64,000 nucleotides of DNA from Nitrospirota bacterium (lineage in GTDB: Bacteria > Nitrospirota > Nitrospiria > Nitrospirales > NS-4): NCBI GenBank assembly GCA_963788195.1, contig CAWBGA010000005.1:160001-224000 (forward strand), in the 5' to 3' direction. Positions 39,262 to 48,572 of the stretch are shown here, one piece after another. The notes beneath the pieces are model-generated. The model was not told where the DNA came from. It ran no database searches and saw only the letters and a program-made list of their open reading frames with translations. Both the position numbers and the translations under genes were made by a program. The first letter of the stretch is position 1. The number at the start of each line of letters is the position of its first letter.

Positions 39262-40443
39262 ATGAAAATTGCTTACTTCAATTGTTTTTCCGGCATCAGC
39301 GGGGACATGTGCCTGGGCGCGCTGGTCGATCTTGGCCTCCCGCTCGCCGATCTCTCGAAGGCGCTGAAGGGCCTCCGTCTTACAGGGTTTTCCCTCAAGA
39401 GCCGCCGGGTGACGCGCGGTGGGATCGTCGCTACCAAAGTAGATGTGCTTGTTCGGCGCGGCAGGGATCGGCCCATGACCTTTCAAGAAATCCGTCGCCT
39501 TATCGGCGCCTCACGTCTTGGACCAGACGTCCGCCTGCGTTCGTTAAGGGTCTTCGAAAACTTGGCGAGAGCTGAGGCGGAAGTGCATGGGACCGTTCTT
39601 TCGAAAGTACAATTTCATGAGCTTGGGATTATCGATTCCCTGGTGGATGTGGTCGGCACCGTCTTAGGCTGCCACCTACTCGGCATCGAGGAGATCTACA
39701 GTTCGGCGATCAATGTCGGTTCAGGAACGATCCGCTCGCACCACGGTGTCCTTCCTGTGCCGGCGCCCGCCACCGCCAATCTGCTCAAAGGCTTCCCAAT
39801 CTATGCCTCAGGTCCGGAGCGCGAGTTGACGACGCCGACCGGCGCGGCCTTGATGGCGACTCTCGCCAGACAGGCCGGAGCCATGCCCATGATGAGGCTG
39901 AAGGCCGTCGGGCATGGGGCGGGCACCTTCAACCCTCAGAAATGGCCCAATGCGCTGCGCGTAATTCAAGGAGAAATCTCCACGGCGGCGGAATCCGACC
40001 GGATCATGGTTCTTGAAACGAATCTTGATGACATGAACCCGCAAGCCTACGAGTTGCTCATAGACAGACTGCTAGCGCAGGGGGCGTTCGACGTGACACT
40101 GACGCCTGTGATCATGAAACGCAGCCGCCCGGGGATTGTCCTGACCGTGCTCGCGGATACCGCCAAGCTGGAACCGGTCCTTCGCGTGATGTTTGCCGAC
40201 ACCACGACCCTCGGCATCCGGATCCAGGAGGTGTCGCGTCGCTTGCTTTCGCGCGAGATCGTCGAGCTGTCTACAAAGTTCGGACCTGTCCGTATCAAGG
40301 TGGCATCGGCGCCTCGTGGCGGGGGACGGCCGAAATCGCGACCTGAGTACCGCGACTGCAAACGGCTTGCAGAGGAAACCGGATTGCCGCTGCAGACGAT
40401 CATGCGCGAAGTCGAACGGAGCATGCGACGGCTGCCATGCTAG
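39262..40443 (+). CDS. larC: Nickel insertase LarC
   Basis: SGISGDM, FHELG..DS, PVPAPAT, TPTGAA, ETNLDD, MKRSRPG, PEYRDC. Confidence 0.93.
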   Translation: MKIAYFNCFSGISGDMCLGALVDLGLPLADLSKALKGLRLTGFSLKSRRVTRGGIVATKVDVLVRRGRDRPMTFQEIRRLIGASRLGPDVRLRSLRVFENLARAEAEVHGTVLSKVQFHELGIIDSLVDVVGTVLGCHLLGIEEIYSSAINVGSGTIRSHHGVLPVPAPATANLLKGFPIYASGPERELTTPTGAALMATLARQAGAMPMMRLKAVGHGAGTFNPQKWPNALRVIQGEISTAAESDRIMVLETNLDDMNPQAYELLIDRLLAQGAFDVTLTPVIMKRSRPGIVLTVLADTAKLEPVLRVMFADTTTLGIRIQEVSRRLLSREIVELSTKFGPVRIKVASAPRGGGRPKSRPEYRDCKRLAEETGLPLQTIMREVERSMRRLPC

Positions 40444-41441
40444 GCGCCATGGTAGGCCCCAGCCTGCTCTTTCTCCTGTCGATCGCAGTCATCCTGGGCG
40501 GGGCGGCGGTCTTTACGAACGGCGTTGAATGGTTGGGCCGCCGGCTCGGCATCTCCGATGGAGCCATCGGCAGCATCCTGGCGGGAGTCGCAACCGCATT
40601 GCCGGAGACCCTGATCCCGATCATCGCGATTTTTTGGGGCGCGACGGCAACATCGGTCGACATCGGGGTCGGAGCAATTCTCGGTGCTCCCCTCATGCTC
40701 AGCACGATCACCATACCGCTGCTGGCAATGTTTCTGCTGTTCCTCGCCCGCTTGAAAAAGCGAACCAACCGGTTTGAGCTCGACTACCACATGGTCCGGC
40801 TTGACCTCGGGTTTTTCCTGGCCGCGTACAGCGTTGCCCTTGTCGTGGGGATGTTGCCTGTCGCACCTCTGCGCTATGGTGCCGCCATTGCCCTCTTTAT
40901 TGGGTACTGTTGGTATGTGAAGATTCATCTGACGACGGGGCAAGTCAGTGAGATGGAAATCGGACCATTATATTTTTCGCGCAAGTCCGTCTCTCCGGCC
41001 ACCGTTCTCATCATTGTCCAGGCAATGGCAGGCTTGGCGTTGCTCATCGGCGGCGCTCACATGTTCGTGCATGTCGTGGAGCAACTGGCGTTTGGAATAG
41101 GTGTCTCGCCGCTCATTTTTTCCCTGCTCGTGGCCCCCATCGCCACGGAACTTCCTGAGAAACTGAATAGCCTTTTGTGGATCTATCAGAAGAAGGATAC
41201 GCTCGCGGTCGGGAACATCAGTGGGGCCATGGTGTTCCAGGGCACCTTTCCCGTGTCTATCGGCCTCATCGGAACAAGTTGGATACTGGATACCGCCTCC
41301 ATGATCAGCCTCGTGCTGCCCCTGCTCGCTGTGAGCCTGTTTTTCGCACAAGCGCAGTGGGCCGGTCGCTGGCAGCCCAGCGTGCTGATCCTGCCTATCT
41401 TCCTGTATGCTGGATATATGTTGTACCTGATCATGCGATGA
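40437..41441 (+). CDS. Sodium:calcium (CaCA) antiporter family
   Basis: Alpha repeats ATALPE and ATELPE; AVGNISG. Confidence 0.88.
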   Translation: MLGAMVGPSLLFLLSIAVILGGAAVFTNGVEWLGRRLGISDGAIGSILAGVATALPETLIPIIAIFWGATATSVDIGVGAILGAPLMLSTITIPLLAMFLLFLARLKKRTNRFELDYHMVRLDLGFFLAAYSVALVVGMLPVAPLRYGAAIALFIGYCWYVKIHLTTGQVSEMEIGPLYFSRKSVSPATVLIIVQAMAGLALLIGGAHMFVHVVEQLAFGIGVSPLIFSLLVAPIATELPEKLNSLLWIYQKKDTLAVGNISGAMVFQGTFPVSIGLIGTSWILDTASMISLVLPLLAVSLFFAQAQWAGRWQPSVLILPIFLYAGYMLYLIMR

Positions 41442-42352
41442 CCGGATTTCGAACATCCCCCTGCGCGTCGAATCCGGGATTGACTGAGGACGCTGCCGGC
41501 CGCGAAACCCGGTTTATCCTCTGGGTGATTCTCGCCCTCAACTGGACGGTGGCAGCCGCAAAGCTGGGGTATGGTCTCCTGACCGGCTCGGTGTCGATGC
41601 AAGCCGATGGCATTCATTCATCGTTCGACGGCATGTCGAATCTCATTGGCCTGGCCGGTTTGTGGATTGCCGCGCAACCGCCGGATGCGCGGTATCCCTA
41701 TGGACATAAGAAGTATGAGACCTTCGCGGCGGCCGGAATCGGCCTGCTGTTGTTCGCGACATGTCTGTACATCTTGTACAACAGCTATATCCATTGGCGG
41801 GATGCTGTAGTCCCGGAAGTCACTGCTCTGAGCTTTGGTGTCATGCTGACCGCCATGGGCATTAGCACGTGCGTAATGATATGGGAGCGGCGACGCGGGG
41901 AAGTGTTGAAGAGCGAAATTCTGGTTGCCGATTCACTGCATACGGCGAGCGATATTCTCTCATCCCTGGCGGTGCTGGTAGGACTCGCCGCCGTATGGGC
42001 CGGCTATCCGATCTTGGATTCGATCGCCGGTGTCGTGATTGCCGTCTTCATCGGGCACACAGGAGTGCTCGTCTTTCGGGAGGCCTCCAAGTCGCTAGCC
42101 GATAAGGCCCGCATCGACCCCGATGTCATTCGCAAAATTGCCCTGACGGTCGAAGGTGTGGACTGCTGCGACGATATCAGGACCCGAGGACTCGCCCGCC
42201 ACATTTTTACGGATTTAACGATCCATGTGCATCCCGCCATGACGACGGCACGAGCCCACACCGTTGCGCATGAAGTGGAAGAAATAGTGAAACGGGAATT
42301 TCCTGAAGTGGCCGAAGTCGTGGTCCATGTGGCCCCGGAAGATCATGGATGA
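41438..42352 (+). CDS. Cation diffusion facilitator
   Basis: ADGIHS..D, YPYGH, ADSLHTASD, C-terminal VVVH. Confidence 0.92.
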   Translation: MTGFRTSPCASNPGLTEDAAGRETRFILWVILALNWTVAAAKLGYGLLTGSVSMQADGIHSSFDGMSNLIGLAGLWIAAQPPDARYPYGHKKYETFAAAGIGLLLFATCLYILYNSYIHWRDAVVPEVTALSFGVMLTAMGISTCVMIWERRRGEVLKSEILVADSLHTASDILSSLAVLVGLAAVWAGYPILDSIAGVVIAVFIGHTGVLVFREASKSLADKARIDPDVIRKIALTVEGVDCCDDIRTRGLARHIFTDLTIHVHPAMTTARAHTVAHEVEEIVKREFPEVAEVVVHVAPEDHG

Positions 42353-43198
42353 CGGCATTCTGTCGAACCTGCGCGCGCTCATTTCGGAACGGCATCCGTT
42401 CTCTTCACCCGCCAACCTCCGCCGCGCCCATGATTATCTCGCTGATCAGTACGAGCGCCTGGGGCTGGAAGTGTCATTCCATACATTTCGAGCTTTCGGT
42501 GGGAGTTATAAGAATGTTCTTGGAACGCTTCAACCGGCGTCAGGCGCTTCCCGAACTCGAAGGCTGCCGGTGATCGTCGCGGCCCACTATGACACGGTGC
42601 AAGGTAGCCCGGGCGCCGACGATAACGCGAGCGGTTTGGCGGTGATGCTCGAGGTCGCGCGGAGGCTCCGAGAGGTCTCGACCTCATGCGAGGTCCGGTT
42701 CATCGCGATGTGTCTAGAGGAACACAACCTCTTGGGGAGCCTGGCTTATGCCGCTTCTTTGCGGGATGTTAATGAGGAGATCGCGGGCGCCATTGTGCTC
42801 GAGTGCGTGGGCTATACCAGTGACAAAAATGGTTCCCAAACGGCGCCGCGGGGAATGCCCGTTCGCGATTCCTACAATAGGGGATTTCCTCGGGATCGTG
42901 GGGAACACGGCCTCCGTGAAGCTGGTGAAGGCATTCGAGCAGGCAAGCAAGCCGCGAAGTGCCGGAACTGAAGACGGTATCGATTGTCGTCCCAGGCGAG
43001 GGTGAGCAGCTTCCTGATACGCGGCGAAGCGATCATGCCGCGTTCTGGCAGTTCGGCTACCCGGCCGTCATGCTGACCGATACCGCAAATTTCCGAAACC
43101 CCCATTACCACCGACCTACCGATACGCTTGAGACCCTGGATCTCAACTTTATCCATCGGGTAGCACGCAGCGTGAGCGCTGCGGTGACTAGCCTGTAG
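42345..43198 (+). CDS. M28 family peptidase (frameshifts ~42865, ~42955)
   Basis: AHYDT, PGADDNASG, EE, RSDHAAF, PHYHRPTDT. Confidence 0.88.
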
Positions 43199-43234
43199 AG
43201 AACGTATCAGCAGGAACCTGTAAAATAGACAGCC

Positions 43235-44227
43235 ATGAAACCACTTCTCGGCATCACAATGGGGGATCCGGCCGGCATCGGACCCGAAGTCATCGTGAAG
43301 GCCTTGTCGCGCCCAGCCGTCAGACGGATGTGCCGGCCTCTGGTCGTCGGCTCGCCCGAGGTTCTCTTCAAGACCATTCGTCGACTAAGAGCGCCGATCA
43401 AACTCCGTCGCGTGATGGCACAGGACCTTTCTTGTCCAGCGGCGGAAATTCCGGTGCTGGATCCATTGGCCCATCGCTTGCCGAACTTTTCCGTCGGTTG
43501 CGTCTCAAAAGTGACAGGCGAAGCGCAGGTACGATACGTGGAAGAGGCCGTGCGGCTCGCCCTAGCCGGAACGATTGCCGGCATTGTCACGGCGCCGATC
43601 AATAAGGAGGCGATCAATCTTGCCGGATACGCCTATCCCGGGCATACCGAGCTGCTGGCCGAACTGACGGGAGCAAAAGAAGTCGGCATGATGATCGTGG
43701 GCGGCTCGCTCCGCTTCATGTTCACAACCACTCACATAGCCATGAAGGATCTGGCTGCTTCCCTGACGGTCGAGCGAGTCGAGCGCGCCATCCGGCTCTG
43801 TCATGAGGGGCTGACTCGCCTGTTTCGAATCAAGCGTCCCCGGATAGCAGTTGCCGCATTAAATCCGCACGCCGGAGAGGGAGGTCTCTTTGGAACCGAA
43901 GAGATTGACGTGATCGCGCCGGGCATTGCCAATGCGAAAGCGCTTGGATATCCCTCCCGGGGGCCCTTTCCGGCAGACACATTAATCGGGCAGGCCTCTC
44001 GCGGGATGTATGATGCCGTAGTCGCCATGTACCATGACCAGGGACTGATCGCGCTGAAACTCGCGGCCTTCGGCAAATCCGTGAACACCACCGTCGGCCT
44101 TCCGATCATCCGCACCTCGGTCGATCACGGAACCGCCTATGACATTGCCGGAAAAGGTATTGCCGATGAAGGAAGCCTGGTGGAAGCCATTCGTCTTGCA
44201 GCGGGATTTGCACGGTATCAACGGTGA
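43235..44227 (+). CDS. pdxA: 4-hydroxythreonine-4-phosphate dehydrogenase
   Basis: MGDPAGIGPE, GHTE, LNPHAGE, MYHDQG, RTSVDHGTA. Confidence 0.96.
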   Translation: MKPLLGITMGDPAGIGPEVIVKALSRPAVRRMCRPLVVGSPEVLFKTIRRLRAPIKLRRVMAQDLSCPAAEIPVLDPLAHRLPNFSVGCVSKVTGEAQVRYVEEAVRLALAGTIAGIVTAPINKEAINLAGYAYPGHTELLAELTGAKEVGMMIVGGSLRFMFTTTHIAMKDLAASLTVERVERAIRLCHEGLTRLFRIKRPRIAVAALNPHAGEGGLFGTEEIDVIAPGIANAKALGYPSRGPFPADTLIGQASRGMYDAVVAMYHDQGLIALKLAAFGKSVNTTVGLPIIRTSVDHGTAYDIAGKGIADEGSLVEAIRLAAGFARYQR

Positions 44228-44236
44228 AGAAAGCAT

Positions 44237-45052
44237 ATGAAGCTTGCGTCCGGACCCTACGAGCAGGCGACGCTTCCACGCGGACGCAAATCGCTTGGGC
44301 AGCACTTTCTCATAGATCGGAACATTGTCCGCAAGATCGTGCGGCTTGCGGAACTGCAGCCAGGAGAGACAGTTCTCGAAATCGGACCTGGCCGCGGGAT
44401 CCTGACGGAAGCCCTGCTGGATCTCTCGGGCGCGGTCACCGCGATTGAGGTCGACCCGATCCTCTCCGCGCACCTTCGTGATGTGTTTGTTAATCGTTCC
44501 AGTCTGAAACTGATCGAAGGAGACGCTCTGGACTTCGACTACGCGAGTCTCCCGGAATCCTTTCTCGTCGTCGCGAATTTACCCTACTATCTCTCCACCC
44601 CTCTACTCTTTCGGCTGCTCAAGGAAGGAGCGCGCATCAGCCGCATGGTCCTCATGCTGCAGGCAGAGGTCGCGGCCCGGCTTGCGGCATCGCCCGGCGG
44701 CAAGGAATACGGGGTACTGTCAATTGCGACGCAGTTCAGATGCGAGGTCCGCCTAGCTTTCAAGGTCTCAGCGACCTGTTTTCAACCGTCTCCCAGGGTG
44801 GGCTCGGCCGTGGTCGTTTTGACGCCGCTGCTTCGACCACGTGTCTCTGTCGAGAACGAAGGATTCTTTTTCAAGGTGGTTCGCGCGGGCTTCGCGCATC
44901 GGCGAAAGGCACTGGCCAATTCCCTCCGGGATGAGGGTTTCAGTCCGGAGAAGACCAAAGTCGCTCTGGCGGAAGCTGGAATTGACGGCGCGCGCCGAGC
45001 AGAGACGCTCAGCATGCAGGAATTCGGAGCACTCGCGAATCATCTTCAGTGA
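44237..45052 (+). CDS. rsmA: 16S rRNA dimethyltransferase
   Basis: KSLGQHFL, EIGPGRG, ANLPYY. Confidence 0.96.
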   Translation: MKLASGPYEQATLPRGRKSLGQHFLIDRNIVRKIVRLAELQPGETVLEIGPGRGILTEALLDLSGAVTAIEVDPILSAHLRDVFVNRSSLKLIEGDALDFDYASLPESFLVVANLPYYLSTPLLFRLLKEGARISRMVLMLQAEVAARLAASPGGKEYGVLSIATQFRCEVRLAFKVSATCFQPSPRVGSAVVVLTPLLRPRVSVENEGFFFKVVRAGFAHRRKALANSLRDEGFSPEKTKVALAEAGIDGARRAETLSMQEFGALANHLQ

Positions 45053-45070
45053 ATACGGAGAGCCACTCAC

Positions 45071-45421
45071 TCAAGGGTTACACATCTTACCATCGAACAC
45101 CCGGCAAGGAGATTTGGCCTGCGCCATCTTCCAGGACTTCACCACCGGCGGCGCTCCAGCGCGCATTTCCACTATCAAGTCGATCAAACTGTTGAGCGGG
45201 ATCTTATCCAGATGTTTCGCGGCCTTGTCTTCGGCTACAACGTCCAGCATGACCCCGTCGGTGCCTATGAGTTTAAGGGTCTTGGCCTCAGGATCAATGG
45301 CGATCACGGTTCCGTAAACGGCCTTCTCGTTGGGTTTGAGGTCTTCGGCTGGGAAAGCGGTCAGTGTGATTCCCGCGCAAAATACTATTGCGACAAGGGA
45401 AACTGCTAGAATCCTGGTCAT
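45071..45421 (-). CDS. Exported small OB-fold-like hypothetical protein
   Basis: SD AAAGGAGG; signal peptide. Confidence 0.65.
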   Translation of the reverse strand: MTRILAVSLVAIVFCAGITLTAFPAEDLKPNEKAVYGTVIAIDPEAKTLKLIGTDGVMLDVVAEDKAAKHLDKIPLNSLIDLIVEMRAGAPPVVKSWKMAQAKSPCRVFDGKMCNP

Positions 45422-45599
45422 GCTGTCGCCTCCTTTACCGGGTGTGAGGCCTATTGCTCGTATCTATCCTTGCCTACTATCTTACTCCCAAGGAAGCCGC
45501 TCAACGACACCCCCTCTTTGTAGGCTAGCCCTGCTTCGGCCTCTCCGCAGCGAGCTTTAACATTTTGACTGTAATGAGTCCCCTGCCTATATTGGAATA

Positions 45600-47441
45600 A
45601 TGATAAAGAATTTTTTTTATGCTCTCGCCGTTCTCACCCTCTTGTTTCTACTCATTGTTCTCCTCGTGCCGTTCATGGTCGACCTGAATGCATACCAAGC
45701 GCGTTATCTCCCCATCATTGAGGAGTCGTTGAATCGGAAAGTCACCCTGAAGGATCTACGGCTCACCCTCTTCCCCCGCCTCGGCGTCCATATTACAGAA
45801 TTCACCGTCATGGATGACCCCCTCTTCAATCGGGGGGCTTTTGCCAGACTCGCGTCGCTGGATCTGGGCGTGAAATTCGGGCCTCTGTTGCGAGGGCGCG
45901 TGGAAATCGGCGAAATCATCATGCGAGACCCGTCGATTATGGTGATAAAAAATTCTCTGGGTCTCTTGAATGTCGCGACTCTAGGCAAGAAGGCCCCTTC
46001 AGAAAGGAAGGAACCTGAAGGACCGCCCGTTCCCGCCGGTGAGGGGCAACTGCAAGTCCTGTCTCTTTTTGCCGTCGATCGTTTGTCCGTAACCAATGGA
46101 CGGTTGACTTACCGTGATAGCGCGTCCATCCCCGCGGCCGAGTATTCGGTGGAACAGTTCCAGGTCCTCTTGCAGGGTGTCGGGCTAGGACTCACCCCGG
46201 TCGTGCATGTCAGTGGAGTTCTTCAACCCTTGAGCCTGCCGTTGATGGTCGACGGGACCCTCGGGCCGATTCAAGAAAATTTCGATATCGGCGTGTTTGT
46301 CTTTGATGTCGTCCTCGGCAAAGCCGTGGTCGAGATTAAAGGAAGCACGCTTGGAGGACATGTACGTTTCTCCGCCTCTGCTCCCCAAATCGCAACGACG
46401 GATCTGCCCATCTCCCTGCCGTTGACCAAGGCGCTGCAGTTAAAAGACCTTCATCTCGTGGGTGAGGCCAAGGATTCTTCCATAAATGTCGGCGCTATTG
46501 ATGCGACTATCCCGCTCGGCAAGGACACGGTCACGGTCCACGGAAGCTATATCGGCGGTGAGGCTCGGCTCAAAATGACGGCTCCTGCGATGACCACCGC
46601 TGAACTCCCATTGTCGCTTCCTCTGACAAAGCCCATCCATATAACGAATCTAGCCGTGACAGCCCAAGTGAGACCCCCACATGCTCAGCTGCGTAATCTG
46701 TCTCTCAATGCCTTCGGAGGGCAATTGGTGGGGGAAGCAGAAACCAAGACAGGTACCGCCCCACTGCCATTTTCCGGGAAGATCGCCGTCCAACGCCTCC
46801 AGCTCGGCTCCCTGATGGAAGCGGTAGGGACTGACAAGGTCTCGGTGAGCGGCACGGCCTCCGCCGAGATGGAAATACGGGGCAAGGGCATGACGCTGCC
46901 GGAGTTGACCAGAGCGTTGGAGGGCACAGGTCATCTCCTGGTCAAGGATGGGAAGGTGGAAGGCATCAATCTGCTAAAGGAGGCGGCCACATTGCTCAAG
47001 GCCATGGGCATCACCCAGGATCTAGGTGAGACCACCGTCTTTTCAGTTCTTGAATCCAATTTCAAAGTTCAGCAGGGAGTCGTCCGGGTTGATCGTCTGA
47101 TCGCAAGAAGTCCGGATTTTGACGCCACGGGTACCGGCGAAATCGGTTTTGACAAAACCCTGAAGCTGAACGTCTCACTTCTGCTTTCTGAAGCCCTCAG
47201 CAAAGCCATTGCCGGCTCTTCCCCGATCGCAAAGGCCTTGATGTCACACGGCCGCCTCTCGGTCCCCTTGGTTATCACCGGCAGCACTCAAGCCCCACGT
47301 TATGCCCTTGACACCAAAGTCCTCGGCACGAAACTCCAGCAAGAAATCAAAGAGAAGATTGGGGATGTATTGAAGGGCCAGCAAGGCGAGGACCTTATCC
47401 GCCGGGGCGAAGAAGCGCTCAAGAAATTCTTCGGTCAGTAA
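45600..47441 (+). CDS. AsmA family protein
   Basis: N-terminal TM, LNRKV..LRLTLFPRLG, C-terminal GKVEGINL and PLVITG. Confidence 0.85.
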   Translation: MIKNFFYALAVLTLLFLLIVLLVPFMVDLNAYQARYLPIIEESLNRKVTLKDLRLTLFPRLGVHITEFTVMDDPLFNRGAFARLASLDLGVKFGPLLRGRVEIGEIIMRDPSIMVIKNSLGLLNVATLGKKAPSERKEPEGPPVPAGEGQLQVLSLFAVDRLSVTNGRLTYRDSASIPAAEYSVEQFQVLLQGVGLGLTPVVHVSGVLQPLSLPLMVDGTLGPIQENFDIGVFVFDVVLGKAVVEIKGSTLGGHVRFSASAPQIATTDLPISLPLTKALQLKDLHLVGEAKDSSINVGAIDATIPLGKDTVTVHGSYIGGEARLKMTAPAMTTAELPLSLPLTKPIHITNLAVTAQVRPPHAQLRNLSLNAFGGQLVGEAETKTGTAPLPFSGKIAVQRLQLGSLMEAVGTDKVSVSGTASAEMEIRGKGMTLPELTRALEGTGHLLVKDGKVEGINLLKEAATLLKAMGITQDLGETTVFSVLESNFKVQQGVVRVDRLIARSPDFDATGTGEIGFDKTLKLNVSLLLSEALSKAIAGSSPIAKALMSHGRLSVPLVITGSTQAPRYALDTKVLGTKLQQEIKEKIGDVLKGQQGEDLIRRGEEALKKFFGQ

Positions 47442-47544
47442 GACATCTCTTTTTCATAACTAGTTGAATTATAAGTAAAGTCAAGGCACTGGCGGCTGGT
47501 CGAGGCACGGGGTATAATGAATTAGTCCAAGTCCATGGGGTGCA

Positions 47545-47892
47545 ATGAGTCTAGCAGAAAAATCCTGTGTCCCATGCCGTGGGGGAGTTCCCCCCATGGA
47601 ACCGGAGAAGGTCGATCAGATGCTGGCCCAATTAAATAGCGGCTGGACTGCGACACACGGGCGCACGCATTTGGAACGAAATTTCACTTTCAAAGACTTT
47701 GCCGGCGCTTTGGCGTTTGCGAATAAGGTCGGAGAAATCGCGGAGAAAGAGGCTCACCACCCTGATCTCCATGTCCGATGGGGGGCTTGCGCGGTCGAAA
47801 TTTGGACTCATAAGATTAATGGACTGACGGAAAGCGATTTTATTTTGGCGGCAAAAATTGATCGAGCACACCAAGAGCCGGCGGGCTCTTGA
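47545..47892 (+). CDS. Pterin-4a-carbinolamine dehydratase
   Basis: [31 protein letters not shown]. Confidence 0.92.
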   Translation: MSLAEKSCVPCRGGVPPMEPEKVDQMLAQLNSGWTATHGRTHLERNFTFKDFAGALAFANKVGEIAEKEAHHPDLHVRWGACAVEIWTHKINGLTESDFILAAKIDRAHQEPAGS

Positions 47893-47908
47893 GAAAACTG
47901 GGGTAGAG

Positions 47909-48091
47909 ATGCGGAAGTGTAAAAAGTGTGGTGGAATGATGTTTCCTGAGCGTGTCATCGATATGCTGGATGGCTTGATCGGCCATTTCTATGCTTGCGC
48001 GAATTGCGGTCGTAGGGATGAGGCGGCCCGGTGCATTCAACCGATGCATGATTCTGAATCAGTGAAACCGGAGCTTGCTACGAAGACTTGA
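47909..48091 (+). CDS. Small C4 zinc-ribbon protein
   Basis: CKKCGG...CANCG. Confidence 0.6.
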   Translation: MRKCKKCGGMMFPERVIDMLDGLIGHFYACANCGRRDEAARCIQPMHDSESVKPELATKT

Positions 48092-48125
48092 CAATGGATC
48101 GCGATCGGGTGTAAACGAGAAATAT

Positions 48126-48433
48126 AACCTCTTCCGCTGGCGCAGTGGGACTATACGTTCCCGCTCCGCCGAAGCATAGGAAAGGAGGGTCGCCTATGGC
48201 AGACGCTAATCCCCCGGACCACTTAGGCCCGCTCTCGGCGGCTTCGCGACCTTCCTGGAGCGTGCCTTCCTTAGTAGACGTACCGACGCAGGCTTTGCTC
48301 GATGACGATTGCCTCAACGGCAAAGTTACCTTATGCAGGTAACACTGTCTAAAGGAGCAAAAACCGGCTCTTTGCTAAGGCCGGCGCCGCTGGTACCGCC
48401 CGAAGGGAAGCACCCCCTCGCCGACGGCGGGTT
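48126..48433 (+). ncRNA. Candidate unassigned structured RNA (~308 nt)
   Basis: TTGACA upstream, 5'/3' terminal pairing, several hairpins, predicted H-type pseudoknot. Confidence 0.4.
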
Positions 48434-48572
48434 CGTTTTCACAAATCGAGAAAAGTAATGGCGTCACAAGCGCCACGGCAAGGGCCACCCTTGAAAAAGG
48501 TGGCCCTTGTTGTCTCTGCGTAAGACCGCGCCGCATTGTCAGAACTCCTACGATGTGCTACTCTCCGCCGAT

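Noticed and set aside
48126..48433. RNase P RNA, tmRNA, a second SRP RNA or a group I intron
   Set aside because: Only short look-alikes (AGGAAAG, GGAGCAA, GACTATA). There is no GAGGAAAGTCC/P4, tRNA-like end or tag, CAGG helix-8 loop, or paired P7.
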